The translations under genes and the position numbers were made by a program. Below are positions 18,411-28,090 of a stretch of 64,000 nt of DNA, piece after piece. This DNA comes from Candidatus Binataceae bacterium (GTDB lineage: Bacteria > Desulfobacterota > Binatia > Binatales > Binataceae), in assembly GCA_036489375.1 (NCBI GenBank), contig DASXFX010000078.1, positions 5,170 to 69,169 on the forward strand. Reading direction: 5' to 3'. Under the pieces are notes generated by a model, which ran no database searches, had not been told where the DNA came from, and was given only the letters and a program-made list of their open reading frames with translations. The first letter of the stretch is position 1, and each line of letters begins with the position of its first letter.

Positions 18411-19758
18411 GTGCGGCCAGCGGCCTCGCTTCCACCGGATGACGATGGGCCTGCACTTCAGCCCATTGCTGTTCTTTCGCCGCTACCTCCAGCGGCAGCC
18501 CGCGGGTCTCGTCGAGGAAGAGGCCATAAATAATTACGCTCGGAAATCCTAGCAACGAGAAGTAGCGAATCACCATCGTGAGACCGCCGAGAGGGCCGAT
18601 CAAGGCTGCAATAGCGGTTTGCGCGACGACCGAAAAGACGGCGCCGGTGATCATTTGCCATCCGACCATCGTGCTGCGCAGCGCGGCAGGAAAGAGCTCC
18701 GTGGCGGCGGCGTTGGCCCCTACGGTCATTACGGCCGAGGCCACCTTAAACCAGCAATACGCTACGGCCAGCCACAGGAAGGGATAGGTCAACGCTCCCG
18801 GGCCCCAGTAGAAAGCCAGAGCTCCCAGCCATCCGGCGCCACCGAAGTAAGCCACCGTTGGCACCCGCCCGAAGCGCTCAGAGGTCCACGCTCCGATCGG
18901 AAAGCCGACCATGCCCACACCCATTCCGAGCACTACGAGAGTACTCGCCTTGGCCGGCGCGAGACCCAGGATCGAGACGGCCTCGAAATACAGCCATCCG
19001 TTGACCGCCGTTCCCGCCATGGTGTCCAGCGCGGCGCAGGCCAGCAGCGTCAATGCACGACGACGATAAAGTGGATGCAAAATGTCGTAAAAGTGGCTGC
19101 CTTTGATCGATCCTGCCGACGCATGCTTCGCCCAGCTGTTCTCGATCGGCAGCATCCGGGCGACCGCCGGCGCCAGGAGAATTCCGGCTACGCTCGGGGC
19201 GAACAGCCATTCCCATTCGTAGCCCCACTTGAGCAGGAACGGAATCACGATATAGCCGAGGACGCCGCCCACCGCGCTCGCGGCCGCGCCGCACGCCTGC
19301 CCGCGCGCACGCTGCTCCATCGGCAATTCCTCGGCCAACATAACAGTCGCAGAGGAGACTGAACCGCCGAGCAGGGCCGAAATCAGAATCTGAAAGAGCG
19401 CGAACAGCCATGCCCACGGCGCCAGCGCAGCCCCGAGAGCAAAGATCGGAGCGAGCACCAAGCTTGTCAGGATTATAAGCCTGCGCCCGACGCGGTCGGC
19501 CAATCGCGCCAGCAGCATCGAGCCGAACGCCGAGATCGACATCCAGGCGAACAAACGCGCGAGAGCGGGTTGGCTCAAGTGAAAGCTTTTAGCGATCCAA
19601 GGAGAAGCAATACCAGAAACAGAGAGCGTGTAACCTTGATAAACCAGTAAAAGAATGATTGCGCCGATAATAGCCCACGAGCCGCCCGAGCCCTGTGCTC
19701 CATCAGCATTGGTCTCACGATGGGCATCCGCGCCTGCCGCTTGGTTTCCGCCTGTCAT
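18403..19758 (-). CDS. MFS transporter
   Basis: 451 aa with about 12 hydrophobic segments and an LADRVGRR-type MFS loop motif. Its stop overlaps the Kelch gene start (ATGAGTGA). Confidence 0.85.
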   Translation of the reverse strand: MTGGNQAAGADAHRETNADGAQGSGGSWAIIGAIILLLVYQGYTLSVSGIASPWIAKSFHLSQPALARLFAWMSISAFGSMLLARLADRVGRRLIILTSLVLAPIFALGAALAPWAWLFALFQILISALLGGSVSSATVMLAEELPMEQRARGQACGAAASAVGGVLGYIVIPFLLKWGYEWEWLFAPSVAGILLAPAVARMLPIENSWAKHASAGSIKGSHFYDILHPLYRRRALTLLACAALDTMAGTAVNGWLYFEAVSILGLAPAKASTLVVLGMGVGMVGFPIGAWTSERFGRVPTVAYFGGAGWLGALAFYWGPGALTYPFLWLAVAYCWFKVASAVMTVGANAAATELFPAALRSTMVGWQMITGAVFSVVAQTAIAALIGPLGGLTMVIRYFSLLGFPSVIIYGLFLDETRGLPLEVAAKEQQWAEVQAHRHPVEARPLAAHE

Positions 19759-20125
19759 CCCTTCATCAACCGCGCCGTCATTGATCCTCGATACGCTTCA
19801 CTGACGACGCCGCCCGTCGCGTCAACGGTTTTAGCTTAATCCCGCCCCTACCGGAACCACTATGGAGTGCATACTTCTGCACAACCTGGTTCTCGATGCG
19901 GCCCGTGCCGCAGCACGGTTTCAGTGCGCACGTCCGAAGCGCTGTTTCAACGATTTGGTGCGGGATTTCCAAATGGTATAGCCGAAGCTGTTCGAGATCG
20001 TTGGGCCAGGTCCATCAGGTCAAATTCCTGAGTAAATTCAAGGGTTCAGCGATGACCCTATCCCGGCATGTCAGTTGCACATCACCCTAGCCAAAGGACG
20101 ACCTCAATCATTCCAGATAGACCTG

Positions 20126-22033
20126 ATGAGCCTCATGGACCCACTACCAAGTAATTTCCGTCGTCAACCGCTCGTTCGTTTTTTGGCCTGCGTTCGACCT
20201 CAGCTAAAGCTGGTGGTCCTCGCCGCCCTGATGGGAATTGGCAAGTTTACGCTCCCCCTCGCCTTTCCCTTTGCCTTCAAATACGTCGTCGATGTGTTGG
20301 CGGCTTCCCAGCCGAAGGCCGACCGTATCGACCGGGTTATCGACGGTTGGTGCACCGGGGTTGCGCACCTGCTCGGCTTTGGCGTAACGGCGCAGGGCAA
20401 GCTCGCGGCACTCAGCATAGTAATGCTGCTCATCTACGTTCTGCAGGCAGCAGTCAGCTTCTTTCGCAATTACTGGGCCGGTATAGCCGGCAATCGTCTG
20501 ATTTTCGGGCTTCGAAGCCGGCTTTACACCCATCTGCAACGTTTGCCGCATTCGTTCTTCGATCGCCATCCGGCGGGCGCGATCGTTTCGCGCGTACTCA
20601 ATGACGTCACCCAGGCCAGCGAGTTGGTCAATTCCACACTGATCGACGTCTGGACCGACGCATCATTGCTCGGCCTTGTAATCTTTGCGCTGTTTGAGCT
20701 GAACTGGCGGCTCGCTTTGATTTCGCTGTGCATTGCACCGCTGTGGGTGGGCTTCATGCGCCACTTCGCTCCACGCATCAAGGCTGTCAGCCATCGGATG
20801 CAGGAAGCGGTCGAGGTCATCTCGGGCGAAGTGCATGAAAGAGTGGTCGGCGCGACCACGGTCAAATCGTTCGGCCGCGAGGATCACGAAGTCACGGTCT
20901 TCAACGGCCGCAACGAAGTTCTCTTCGGGCGCACGATCGATAAGGTGAAGCTCGCGGCAGCCCAGGAAATGCTCATCCAGTTGCTCACACGCTGCGCCCC
21001 GGCGATCGTCGTGTGGGCGGGCGTCGTCATGATCATCAAGGGCGAGATGTCGCTCGGCACCCTGATGGCTTTCTTCACGCTGCTGGGCTTCCTGTACTTG
21101 CCCTTGGAACGCTTCGCCCAACTTTCGATGGTGGTCTCGGCTTCGAGCGCCGCGATCGAGCGCATGTTCAACTTCCTCGACCTCAAGCCGGAAATCACCG
21201 ACCATCCGCTCGCCCGTCCGTTCAACGTCAAGCGCGGTGCGGTTGATTTCGAAGGCGTAAAGTTCAGCTATTCGCCGCGAGAAGGCGCAGCGCGCCGCGA
21301 GGTGCTCAAGGGAATCGACTTGCGCGTGCCGGGTGGTTATCGAGTAGCGCTGGTCGGCCGATCGGGCGCCGGCAAGACCACGCTCGCCAACCTGATTCCG
21401 CGATTCTACGATGTGACCGGCGGGCGTGTGCTGATTGACGGCAAAGACGTGCGCCATTTCACGCTCAAGTCGCTACGCGAGAGCGTCAGCCTGGTGAGTC
21501 AGGATGCTCTGCTCTTCAGTGCCAGCGTGCGCGAGAATCTGCGGTATGCGCGGCAGGATGCCACCGACGAGATGATGTGGCAGGCGCTCGAGCTCGCCAA
21601 CCTGCGCAATTTCGTGGCCGAATTGCCCGAACAGCTCGACACCGTGATTGGCGAGCGCGGCGTAAAGGTATCTGGTGGACAGCGCCAGCGACTTGCCCTG
21701 GCCCGCGCCTTCCTGAAGGACTCGAAGATCGTAATTCTGGATGAAGCGACATCGGCGGTCGATTCGGAATCGGAAAACCAGATCCACGAAGCGATGGAGC
21801 GCCTGATGGTGGGCCGCACGGTCTTCCTGATTGCGCATCGTCTGCGCAGCGCGCTGACTGCCGATATGATTATCGTGCTCGACCAGGGTAAGGTCGTGGA
21901 GACCGGAACGCACCGCGATCTGCTGCATCGCAGCGGCACTTATGCGCGGCTCTATCACGAGCAGACTCGCGGGCTCTCGGCTATCGAACCACCGACTCCA
22001 GGTGGAGCGGCCGCAGCTCCGCAACGCGCCTGA
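20126..22033 (+). CDS. ABC exporter, fused permease/ATPase (MsbA-like type I exporter)
   Basis: Six-TM N-terminal domain followed by Walker A GRSGAGKTT, signature VSGGQRQR and Walker B ILDEATSAVD. I prefer the ATG at 20126 over the TTG at 20075. Confidence 0.9.
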   Translation: MSLMDPLPSNFRRQPLVRFLACVRPQLKLVVLAALMGIGKFTLPLAFPFAFKYVVDVLAASQPKADRIDRVIDGWCTGVAHLLGFGVTAQGKLAALSIVMLLIYVLQAAVSFFRNYWAGIAGNRLIFGLRSRLYTHLQRLPHSFFDRHPAGAIVSRVLNDVTQASELVNSTLIDVWTDASLLGLVIFALFELNWRLALISLCIAPLWVGFMRHFAPRIKAVSHRMQEAVEVISGEVHERVVGATTVKSFGREDHEVTVFNGRNEVLFGRTIDKVKLAAAQEMLIQLLTRCAPAIVVWAGVVMIIKGEMSLGTLMAFFTLLGFLYLPLERFAQLSMVVSASSAAIERMFNFLDLKPEITDHPLARPFNVKRGAVDFEGVKFSYSPREGAARREVLKGIDLRVPGGYRVALVGRSGAGKTTLANLIPRFYDVTGGRVLIDGKDVRHFTLKSLRESVSLVSQDALLFSASVRENLRYARQDATDEMMWQALELANLRNFVAELPEQLDTVIGERGVKVSGGQRQRLALARAFLKDSKIVILDEATSAVDSESENQIHEAMERLMVGRTVFLIAHRLRSALTADMIIVLDQGKVVETGTHRDLLHRSGTYARLYHEQTRGLSAIEPPTPGGAAAAPQRA

Positions 22034-22090
22034 GCGACCTGCGCGCTTCGGCGAGACTGTAGTAGACGCCTATCACATCAAATGAAGCTA

Positions 22091-22119
22091 AAGGGACGGT
22101 CTCGGACCGTCCCTTTTTT
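22091..22119 (+). terminator. Rho-independent terminator after the ABC exporter gene
   Basis: GGGACGGTC-TCG-GACCGTCCC (9-bp stem) is followed by TTTTTT and preceded by AAA. Confidence 0.75.
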
Positions 22120-22315
22120 AACGCCCGGCGCGCGTCCACCCCTGTTCACGCGAAATTTCCGATATGCGGGCCCGCGATGAAACGTATGGGGCGTGCAAGC
22201 GTCTGCCTGATCAATGCCATCCACGACTAACGCGACGGCTTCGACGGGGAGCAATATTGCGCCCGGAGATAGCCCCGGGACGAAACGGCGGTCGCAAGCG
22301 GACACGCTGTCGACG

Positions 22316-22819
22316 GTGTCGTTCGCTGCGAAATCTCTGGCCAAATCCGCTCGCGTATTCCGGGTTCTGGCGATCCTTTCGACGCTATCCGTGTCCGCTG
22401 CTGTGCACGGTCGAGTCGCAGTAGCCGGCTCGAACGACATTGCGAGGGCGCCAATTCTGTTGCGAGTTCACGTCATTGGGCTGCGCAACGATAGAGGCGA
22501 CGTGCGTTGCAGCTTGTTCTCGTCGGCGGAAGACTTTCCTGCTGACACGGATCAGCGCGCGACCACCGTCGTCGCGCCGATTTCGAATCGCAACGCAACC
22601 TGCGAATTTACCGGAATAGGTCCAGGAATCTATGCGATCGTGCTGTTTCATGACGAGAACGCCGACGGCTCCTTCAATCGGAACTGGATCGGTCTTCCCG
22701 AGGAAGGATATGGGTTTTCCAATGACGCCCGCGCTTATTTCCATCCGCCGAGCTTCAAGGATGCGAGCTTTTCGCTGGAGCGCGGAACCAAGGATATCCA
22801 AATCGACATACGCTACTGA
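22316..22819 (+). CDS. DUF2141-family protein (secreted, unknown function)
   Basis: The C-terminal 120 aa (VIGLRNDRGDVRCSLF...AIVLFHDENADGSFNRNWIGLPEEGYGFSN...PPSF) matches my memory of DUF2141. The start is uncertain: GTG at 22316 gives a signal-peptide-like N-terminus, while the track ATG at 22214 gives an odd N-terminal extension. Confidence 0.7.
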   Translation: MSFAAKSLAKSARVFRVLAILSTLSVSAAVHGRVAVAGSNDIARAPILLRVHVIGLRNDRGDVRCSLFSSAEDFPADTDQRATTVVAPISNRNATCEFTGIGPGIYAIVLFHDENADGSFNRNWIGLPEEGYGFSNDARAYFHPPSFKDASFSLERGTKDIQIDIRY

Positions 22820-23097
22820 CCGCACCTAGCGGTGTCATAATTAGAAACACTATCCCGGCTCGATTTTTGGCTTCCAATGGAATCACGGACATGACGGGTG
22901 AGCCGAGGTACGGGCCATCTCGCTGTATTTGCGACGTGTCCGAAACCGAACGTACGAAGGGTAGAACCCCTTGATCCGCGAAATCGTGCGGTTGCTAACT
23001 AGAAGTCAACCTGAACGCACCAACAGTTAGCGAACATAAGAGCTTAAAAGTTGACTAGAATCACTTGACTCCGTCATAGCACGTGGCTACAAGGGAA

Positions 23098-23131
23098 GAC
23101 CTTGGGTTGGGACCCGGTGGTTATTTTTTTT
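23098..23131 (+). terminator. imperfect hairpin followed by T8 (terminator/attenuator-like) directly upstream of a small ORF
   Basis: About 10 pairs can be drawn between 23098-23107 and 23112-23122, including G-T pairs and one bulge. A TTTTTTTT run follows at 23124-23131. A GGGGG RBS and ATG follow 16 nt later. Confidence 0.3.
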
Positions 23132-23147
23132 GTCTTGCAGGGGGTCA

Positions 23148-23369
23148 ATGGACACGTCGTTAGTTGAAATCGAACTGATCGAGGACGCCTCAAGGGTTGC
23201 CGCCTACACCGCCGAGCTGCGCTCCAAGGGCGAGACGCTGGTATGCCGGCGATGCTGTGATGCCACCGAAATAATCGCGGGTGTGCTGGTAATCGACTTC
23301 ACAGGCGAACGTTGGGCGTTATGCGGACCCTGCTGGCGTGAATTGCCCGAGGCTCCACACGTTATCTAG
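23148..23369 (+). CDS. hypothetical small Cys-rich protein (CxxCC...CxxC, zinc-ribbon-like)
   Basis: 73 aa from the ATG at 23148, preceded by GCAGGGGG. The sequence is MDTSLVEIELIED...LVCRRCCDATE...ALCGPCWREL. It is the only plausible ORF in a low-G+C island, and I recall no homolog. Confidence 0.4.
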   Translation: MDTSLVEIELIEDASRVAAYTAELRSKGETLVCRRCCDATEIIAGVLVIDFTGERWALCGPCWRELPEAPHVI

Positions 23370-23938
23370 TACTACTCTTTCGCAATCCCGTGATCGCGTG
23401 AGCGAGTACCGTCGCTTGCTGCATTCTCGGAGGACCGCCTCTCGGAACGAACAAGAAAACTGGTTGATTTAGGCGCGCTGGGCCTCTCGCCATCCGCCTG
23501 ATACGGCGATGGGTACGAATCGGCGGTGGTGACACTCGCTCGCAAATCGCATTAAGACCTCCAACCGTCCGTCATCCCTCCGCTTGAGCCTCCGCGAATC
23601 CATGACGCTATCGCGCGACCATTCGCTTTGTAGTTGAGTCGCTGTCGGCTTCAGCGTAGTTTTTTTCCGGTAGGCTCGTTTCATCTGATCAAAAATGAAA
23701 GCACCTCCGCCGCTCCTATTCGCCGCGAATTAGCTGGGATTGGTCCGCGTTTGGTGTGCGACGTTAAGATCTCTTCGTGATTTGCGAAGCACTTTGAGAT
23801 CAACGCCCTAAGCGTCGGCGCTTATGACCCGAAGTGTTAACTATTAGTTTGCCTACGCTTCGCGAAGATGATGGCATAGATTTCGCTCAATCTTGAGTGT
23901 TTCAGTTTCTTCCAGGGGATCGACCGAGACCGTTATAG

Positions 23939-25546
23939 ATGGCGACAGCACCGAAGTTGACGACCCCGGCGGACCCCACGCCGCATCGGGTCGAGTCGCA
24001 TAAGTGGCTGGTGGCGCTGGCGGTGATGCTGGGCGCAACGCTCGAGGTGCTCGACACTTCGATCGTGAACGTGGCGCTGCCGCACATGCAGGGCAGTTTC
24101 TCGGCCAGCGTCGATGAGATCACGTGGGTGCTGACGAGCTACCTGGTGGCGAACGGGATCATGATTCCGCTCACCGGGTGGATCTCGTCGCGCTTCGGTC
24201 GCAAACGATACTTTATGGCCTCGGTGATCGTGTTCGTCTTTGCCTCCGGATTGTGCGGAGCAGCGCAGACGCTTGATCAGATGGTGCTGTTCCGCTTGAT
24301 CCAGGGCGCGGCGGGGGCGGCGATGATTCCGTCCTCGCAGGCCATCCTGATGGAAACTTTTCCGCCGGCGGAGCAGGGACTCGCAATGGCGATGTGGGGC
24401 GTCGGCCTGATGGCGGCGCCGGTGCTCGGCCCGACGCTCGGCGGATGGATCACGGATAACTGGAACTGGCGCTGGAATTTCTACATCAATCTGCCGATCG
24501 GCACTATCGCGGCCGTGATGGTTTTGTGGTTCGTGCACGATCCCGCTTACCTGCGCGCCAAGCAGGGCGTGAAGCGGCCGATCGACTACCTGGGGATCAT
24601 CTACCTGGTGCTCGGACTCGGGTTGCTCCAAGTGGTGCTCGATCGGGGCCAGCGCGCCGATTGGTTCAATGCGCCCTGGGTCTGCTATTTCACCGCCGGC
24701 TCGATTGTCGCGATCGCCTTGATGGTCTGGCATGAACTGCGTTTCTCAGATCCGATTCTCGATCTCACGATCGTGAAGATTCCGCTCTTCGATATTGCAG
24801 TCCTGGCGATCATGGCGATGGTCCTGATTCTCTACGGCACGAACCTGTTAAATCCGCTGTTTCTGCAGAATCTGCTCGGTTACAACGCGTGGCGCGCCGG
24901 ACTGGCGGTGGCGCCGCGCGGCGCCGGAACCCTGGTTTCGATGCTGCTCGTTGGACAGCTCTCGCGGCGCGGTTTCGACATGCGTCCGCTGGTTGGAATT
25001 GGCTTCGCAATCGTGGCCTATGCCACGTGGCAGATGGGTCATTGGGACCTTGACGTCGGCACGCGCGCATTGGCGATACCGATCATCCTGTCGGGCGTCG
25101 GCAGCGGCTTCATCTTTCCGACGCTTTCCGCGACAACGCTGTCATGCGTGGCCAAGGAGCGCATGGGCTATGCGGCGAGCCTGTACAACATGATGCGCAA
25201 TACCGGGTCCGCGATCGGCATCTCGATCGTCACCAACATGCTCAACAGCCAGGAGCAAATTCATCAGACGTACCTGGTGCAGCATTTCTCGGTCTTCGAC
25301 GCGTGGCACATGAGTTCGCAGGGGGCGCGAATGCCGGGCGCTCCGCTTTTCGACTTTGCGCGCGAACTCGCGACCAATCAGCGGCAAGGCCTGGGTATGG
25401 TCTATCAGACGGTGCAGGTGCAGGCGTCGCTACTGGCCTTCAACGATATTTATCGGTACCTCGCGATTCTTGGGGCCCTCTGTATTCCGATTTGTATATT
25501 CCTCAAAAGGCCGTCGGGCGGGGGCGGTGCCGCCGGCGGTCATTAG
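23939..25546 (+). CDS. DHA2-family (EmrB/QacA-like, 14-TM) MFS efflux transporter
   Basis: 535 aa. LEVLDTSIVNVALPHM, GWISSRFGRKR and LIQGAAGAAMIP motifs are typical of EmrB-type transporters. Confidence 0.9.
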   Translation: MATAPKLTTPADPTPHRVESHKWLVALAVMLGATLEVLDTSIVNVALPHMQGSFSASVDEITWVLTSYLVANGIMIPLTGWISSRFGRKRYFMASVIVFVFASGLCGAAQTLDQMVLFRLIQGAAGAAMIPSSQAILMETFPPAEQGLAMAMWGVGLMAAPVLGPTLGGWITDNWNWRWNFYINLPIGTIAAVMVLWFVHDPAYLRAKQGVKRPIDYLGIIYLVLGLGLLQVVLDRGQRADWFNAPWVCYFTAGSIVAIALMVWHELRFSDPILDLTIVKIPLFDIAVLAIMAMVLILYGTNLLNPLFLQNLLGYNAWRAGLAVAPRGAGTLVSMLLVGQLSRRGFDMRPLVGIGFAIVAYATWQMGHWDLDVGTRALAIPIILSGVGSGFIFPTLSATTLSCVAKERMGYAASLYNMMRNTGSAIGISIVTNMLNSQEQIHQTYLVQHFSVFDAWHMSSQGARMPGAPLFDFARELATNQRQGLGMVYQTVQVQASLLAFNDIYRYLAILGALCIPICIFLKRPSGGGGAAGGH

Positions 25547-25637
25547 ATCTGGCGGAAAGCGACTGTAAAGGGGAAAATCCGCTTCATCGAAAGAGCCCGA
25601 CACTGCAATCCAGGCAGAGCTCGCGCAGGAGTTAAAG

Positions 25638-26594
25638 ATGGCTGAAATCGCGCATCGCTTCGTCACCACCAATGGAATCAAGATGCACGTGGCGGAGTCG
25701 GGCAGCGGCCCGCTCGTACTGCTGTGCCACGGCTTTCCAGAGTCCTGGTATTCGTGGCGCCATCAACTGCGGGCGCTCGGCGCGGCCGGTTTCCATGCGA
25801 TCGCGCCCGACATGCGTGGCTACGGGCAGACCGACCGGCCCAAGGAGGTCGAGGCGTACGATATCTTCCAGCTCACGGGCGACCTGGTCGGGCTGATCAA
25901 TTCGATGGGCGGCGGTCCAGCGGTCATCGTCGGGCACGATTGGGGTGCATGGATTACACAAGCGGCCGCGCTCTTCCGGCCGGATCTCTTCCGCGCCGTA
26001 GCATTGCTCAGCGTGCCCTTTCTGCCGCGCGCCCCGATTAGTCCGAGTGCGTGGGAGCAGCAGAAATATCCCGGCAAGATTTTCTATCAACAGATGTTTC
26101 GGGCCCCGGGATCGGAGCAATTCTTTGACGCCGACGTGCGCGGGTCGATCATCAACGCCCTCTACTCAGCCTCGGGCGAGCCTCCACCCGACCAGCGCTG
26201 GAAGTTCGCAATGGATCCGAAAGATATGGCGAACATGATGCCGGCCGCCGTGCAAAAGCCCGCATTCGTGACCGACGCAGATGTCGAGTTTTTCGTCGGC
26301 GAATTCAAGCGGAGCGGGTTTGCCGGGGGTCTCAATTACTATCGCAACGTCGATCGCAACTGGGCGCTGACGCCGTTCCTCGATGGTGCGAAATTAAGCC
26401 AGCCGACGCTTTTCGTGGCCGGCGATCGCGACGGCGTGCTCGGCTTCTGGGGTGAGGAAGTCGAGGCGATGGAGCGCAACGTACCGCACCTGGTGAAGAA
26501 GGTAATCCTGCCGGGCATCGGCCATTGGACTCAGCAGGAGAGCCCCGACGAAGTGAACCGGTTGCTCATCGAATTCTTGAAGGACCTCAAGTAG
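25638..26594 (+). CDS. alpha/beta hydrolase, epoxide-hydrolase-like
   Basis: 318 aa with HGFPESWYSWRHQ, PDMRGYGQTD and the VGHDWGA nucleophile Asp motif, plus a C-terminal GHWTQQE. Confidence 0.85.
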   Translation: MAEIAHRFVTTNGIKMHVAESGSGPLVLLCHGFPESWYSWRHQLRALGAAGFHAIAPDMRGYGQTDRPKEVEAYDIFQLTGDLVGLINSMGGGPAVIVGHDWGAWITQAAALFRPDLFRAVALLSVPFLPRAPISPSAWEQQKYPGKIFYQQMFRAPGSEQFFDADVRGSIINALYSASGEPPPDQRWKFAMDPKDMANMMPAAVQKPAFVTDADVEFFVGEFKRSGFAGGLNYYRNVDRNWALTPFLDGAKLSQPTLFVAGDRDGVLGFWGEEVEAMERNVPHLVKKVILPGIGHWTQQESPDEVNRLLIEFLKDLK

Positions 26595-26615
26595 GAAACG
26601 ATCGGAGCGGATGCA

Positions 26616-27098
26616 TCAGTGGCGGTCGAGCGATGCTATATGCGCGCGCAAAACCTCGACCTCTTCGGTGAGGCGCACGTTGTCCTCGTTGGCTTCGGCC
26701 TGCGCGGTGCGCGCGTGCTCGAGCGCGGTCATCACGGTTTGCGTTCGAGTGCGAAATTCGCGCAGGTTTTCGTGGGCATGACGCAGTTTCTTTTGCAGCG
26801 CTTCGAGCGTCAGCCGCAGGGTGCCGACCAGCGCTTGCAATGAGCCGGCCGAGACCGCGTGATTCTGGTTGCGCGTGAGGATGTCATTGATATGGTTGCG
26901 CAGCTCGTTTTGCTCGGCTGAGACCTGCACGGTCATTTCGTGTGCGGTTTTCTCCTGCGCGGCAGCGGTCTTAATCGATTGCTCGGTCTGGTCGATCTGC
27001 TCACTGGCGAGCGCCAGGCGGTGAGCCGCATCGATTTGCGCACGCTCCAAATCAGCCAGCCGTTCGTTGAGCGTCCGGATGAGGACTGCGTTCTCCAT
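26616..27098 (-). CDS. hypothetical coiled-coil protein
   Basis: About 160 aa, rich in heptad-like Q/E/L/A/R with no recognisable catalytic motif. The ATG at 27096-27098 sits behind GGAAGG. Confidence 0.5.
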   Translation of the reverse strand: MENAVLIRTLNERLADLERAQIDAAHRLALASEQIDQTEQSIKTAAAQEKTAHEMTVQVSAEQNELRNHINDILTRNQNHAVSAGSLQALVGTLRLTLEALQKKLRHAHENLREFRTRTQTVMTALEHARTAQAEANEDNVRLTEEVEVLRAHIASLDRH

Positions 27099-27343
27099 CA
27101 CATGCCTTCCCATGCGCCGATCGACGCATTCCCGAACACTGTGAACGGCTAATGTTGCGTGGCGATTACGCGAAAGTTACGAAAGCTGGCGCATTGGTAA
27201 CGCCGCGCGACGTTGCGTCGCGGCCCATCGGGGTGAGGACGTCGCGGATCTGCGCGCTCTGCCTTGACCTTTGCGGTTGTGCGGTCACCTTCGGCGCGCG
27301 GTTCCGTTCCGGCGCGGTCCGAACTGAAACCGGCAAGACGTAC

Positions 27344-28090
27344 TTAGTTTTCGGTGCGCTGGCTGATCGAACGATTCATCTGCAGCGACACCAGGCGGGC
27401 GACCAGTATCGCCATGTAGAATTGGCCAGTGATGCCCTCGGCCACGGCCGCATACCGCGCCTGCAGCGTCACCGGGGTGATGTCGCCGAAACCGATGGTG
27501 GATAGTGTGGTCAGACTAAAGTAGCCGAGCACTGGAAAGATCGGCTGAATGTCGATCGGATGGCCGGGATTGGCTACGGCGAGGCCCGCGAAAGCTGCGG
27601 TATGCAATTGAAAAATAATGATGTACAAGAATGCCCAGTTGAGGCCGAGCAACAAGTAACACGAAATCGCCATGCAGATAGTTTCGCCGGTGATCTCTCT
27701 CTGTTTCAGAACGCTGCGCAATTCGCTAACGGTCACAAACAGGACGAACAGCAACCATGAGATCGAACCGACCAGGACGAGTCGGCGGCTGTGATCGAAG
27801 ATTAGCGAGACTCGTTCGAATCCGGCCGCGGCGGCGAGTGTCCAGCCGAGGACTCGGCGCCGCTTTCTTTGGACCAGCAGGCGCCCGCGGTCACCGATCA
27901 ACTCATCGACGTTGATGTTGTAGAGGGCAACGAGCAGCAGCACCACCATCACTACACTGAACACGCTGGGGCCGGCGCCGCTATTGCCGATAAACGCGCG
28001 GATCGAGAAAGCGGCTATCAGAGCAGCCAGCAGGACGCTGTGCCGGTGCGGCCCGAACTTACGGCGGATCGCTTTCCATATGTGTTTCAA
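27344..28090 (-). CDS. potassium-channel family protein (pore-loop TIGFGD)
   Basis: 248 aa with several TM segments and the selectivity-filter-like sequence YFSLTTLSTIGFGDITP. Its TTG start overlaps the gltX stop (TTGA). Confidence 0.75.
   Translation of the reverse strand: MKHIWKAIRRKFGPHRHSVLLAALIAAFSIRAFIGNSGAGPSVFSVVMVVLLLVALYNINVDELIGDRGRLLVQRKRRRVLGWTLAAAAGFERVSLIFDHSRRLVLVGSISWLLFVLFVTVSELRSVLKQREITGETICMAISCYLLLGLNWAFLYIIIFQLHTAAFAGLAVANPGHPIDIQPIFPVLGYFSLTTLSTIGFGDITPVTLQARYAAVAEGITGQFYMAILVARLVSLQMNRSISQRTEN

Noticed and set aside
23469-23684. 71-aa basic minus-strand ORF in the low-G+C island
   Set aside because: It has no RBS, no recognisable motif, and odd composition. It cannot be distinguished from a chance ORF, though the region itself is flagged as a finding.
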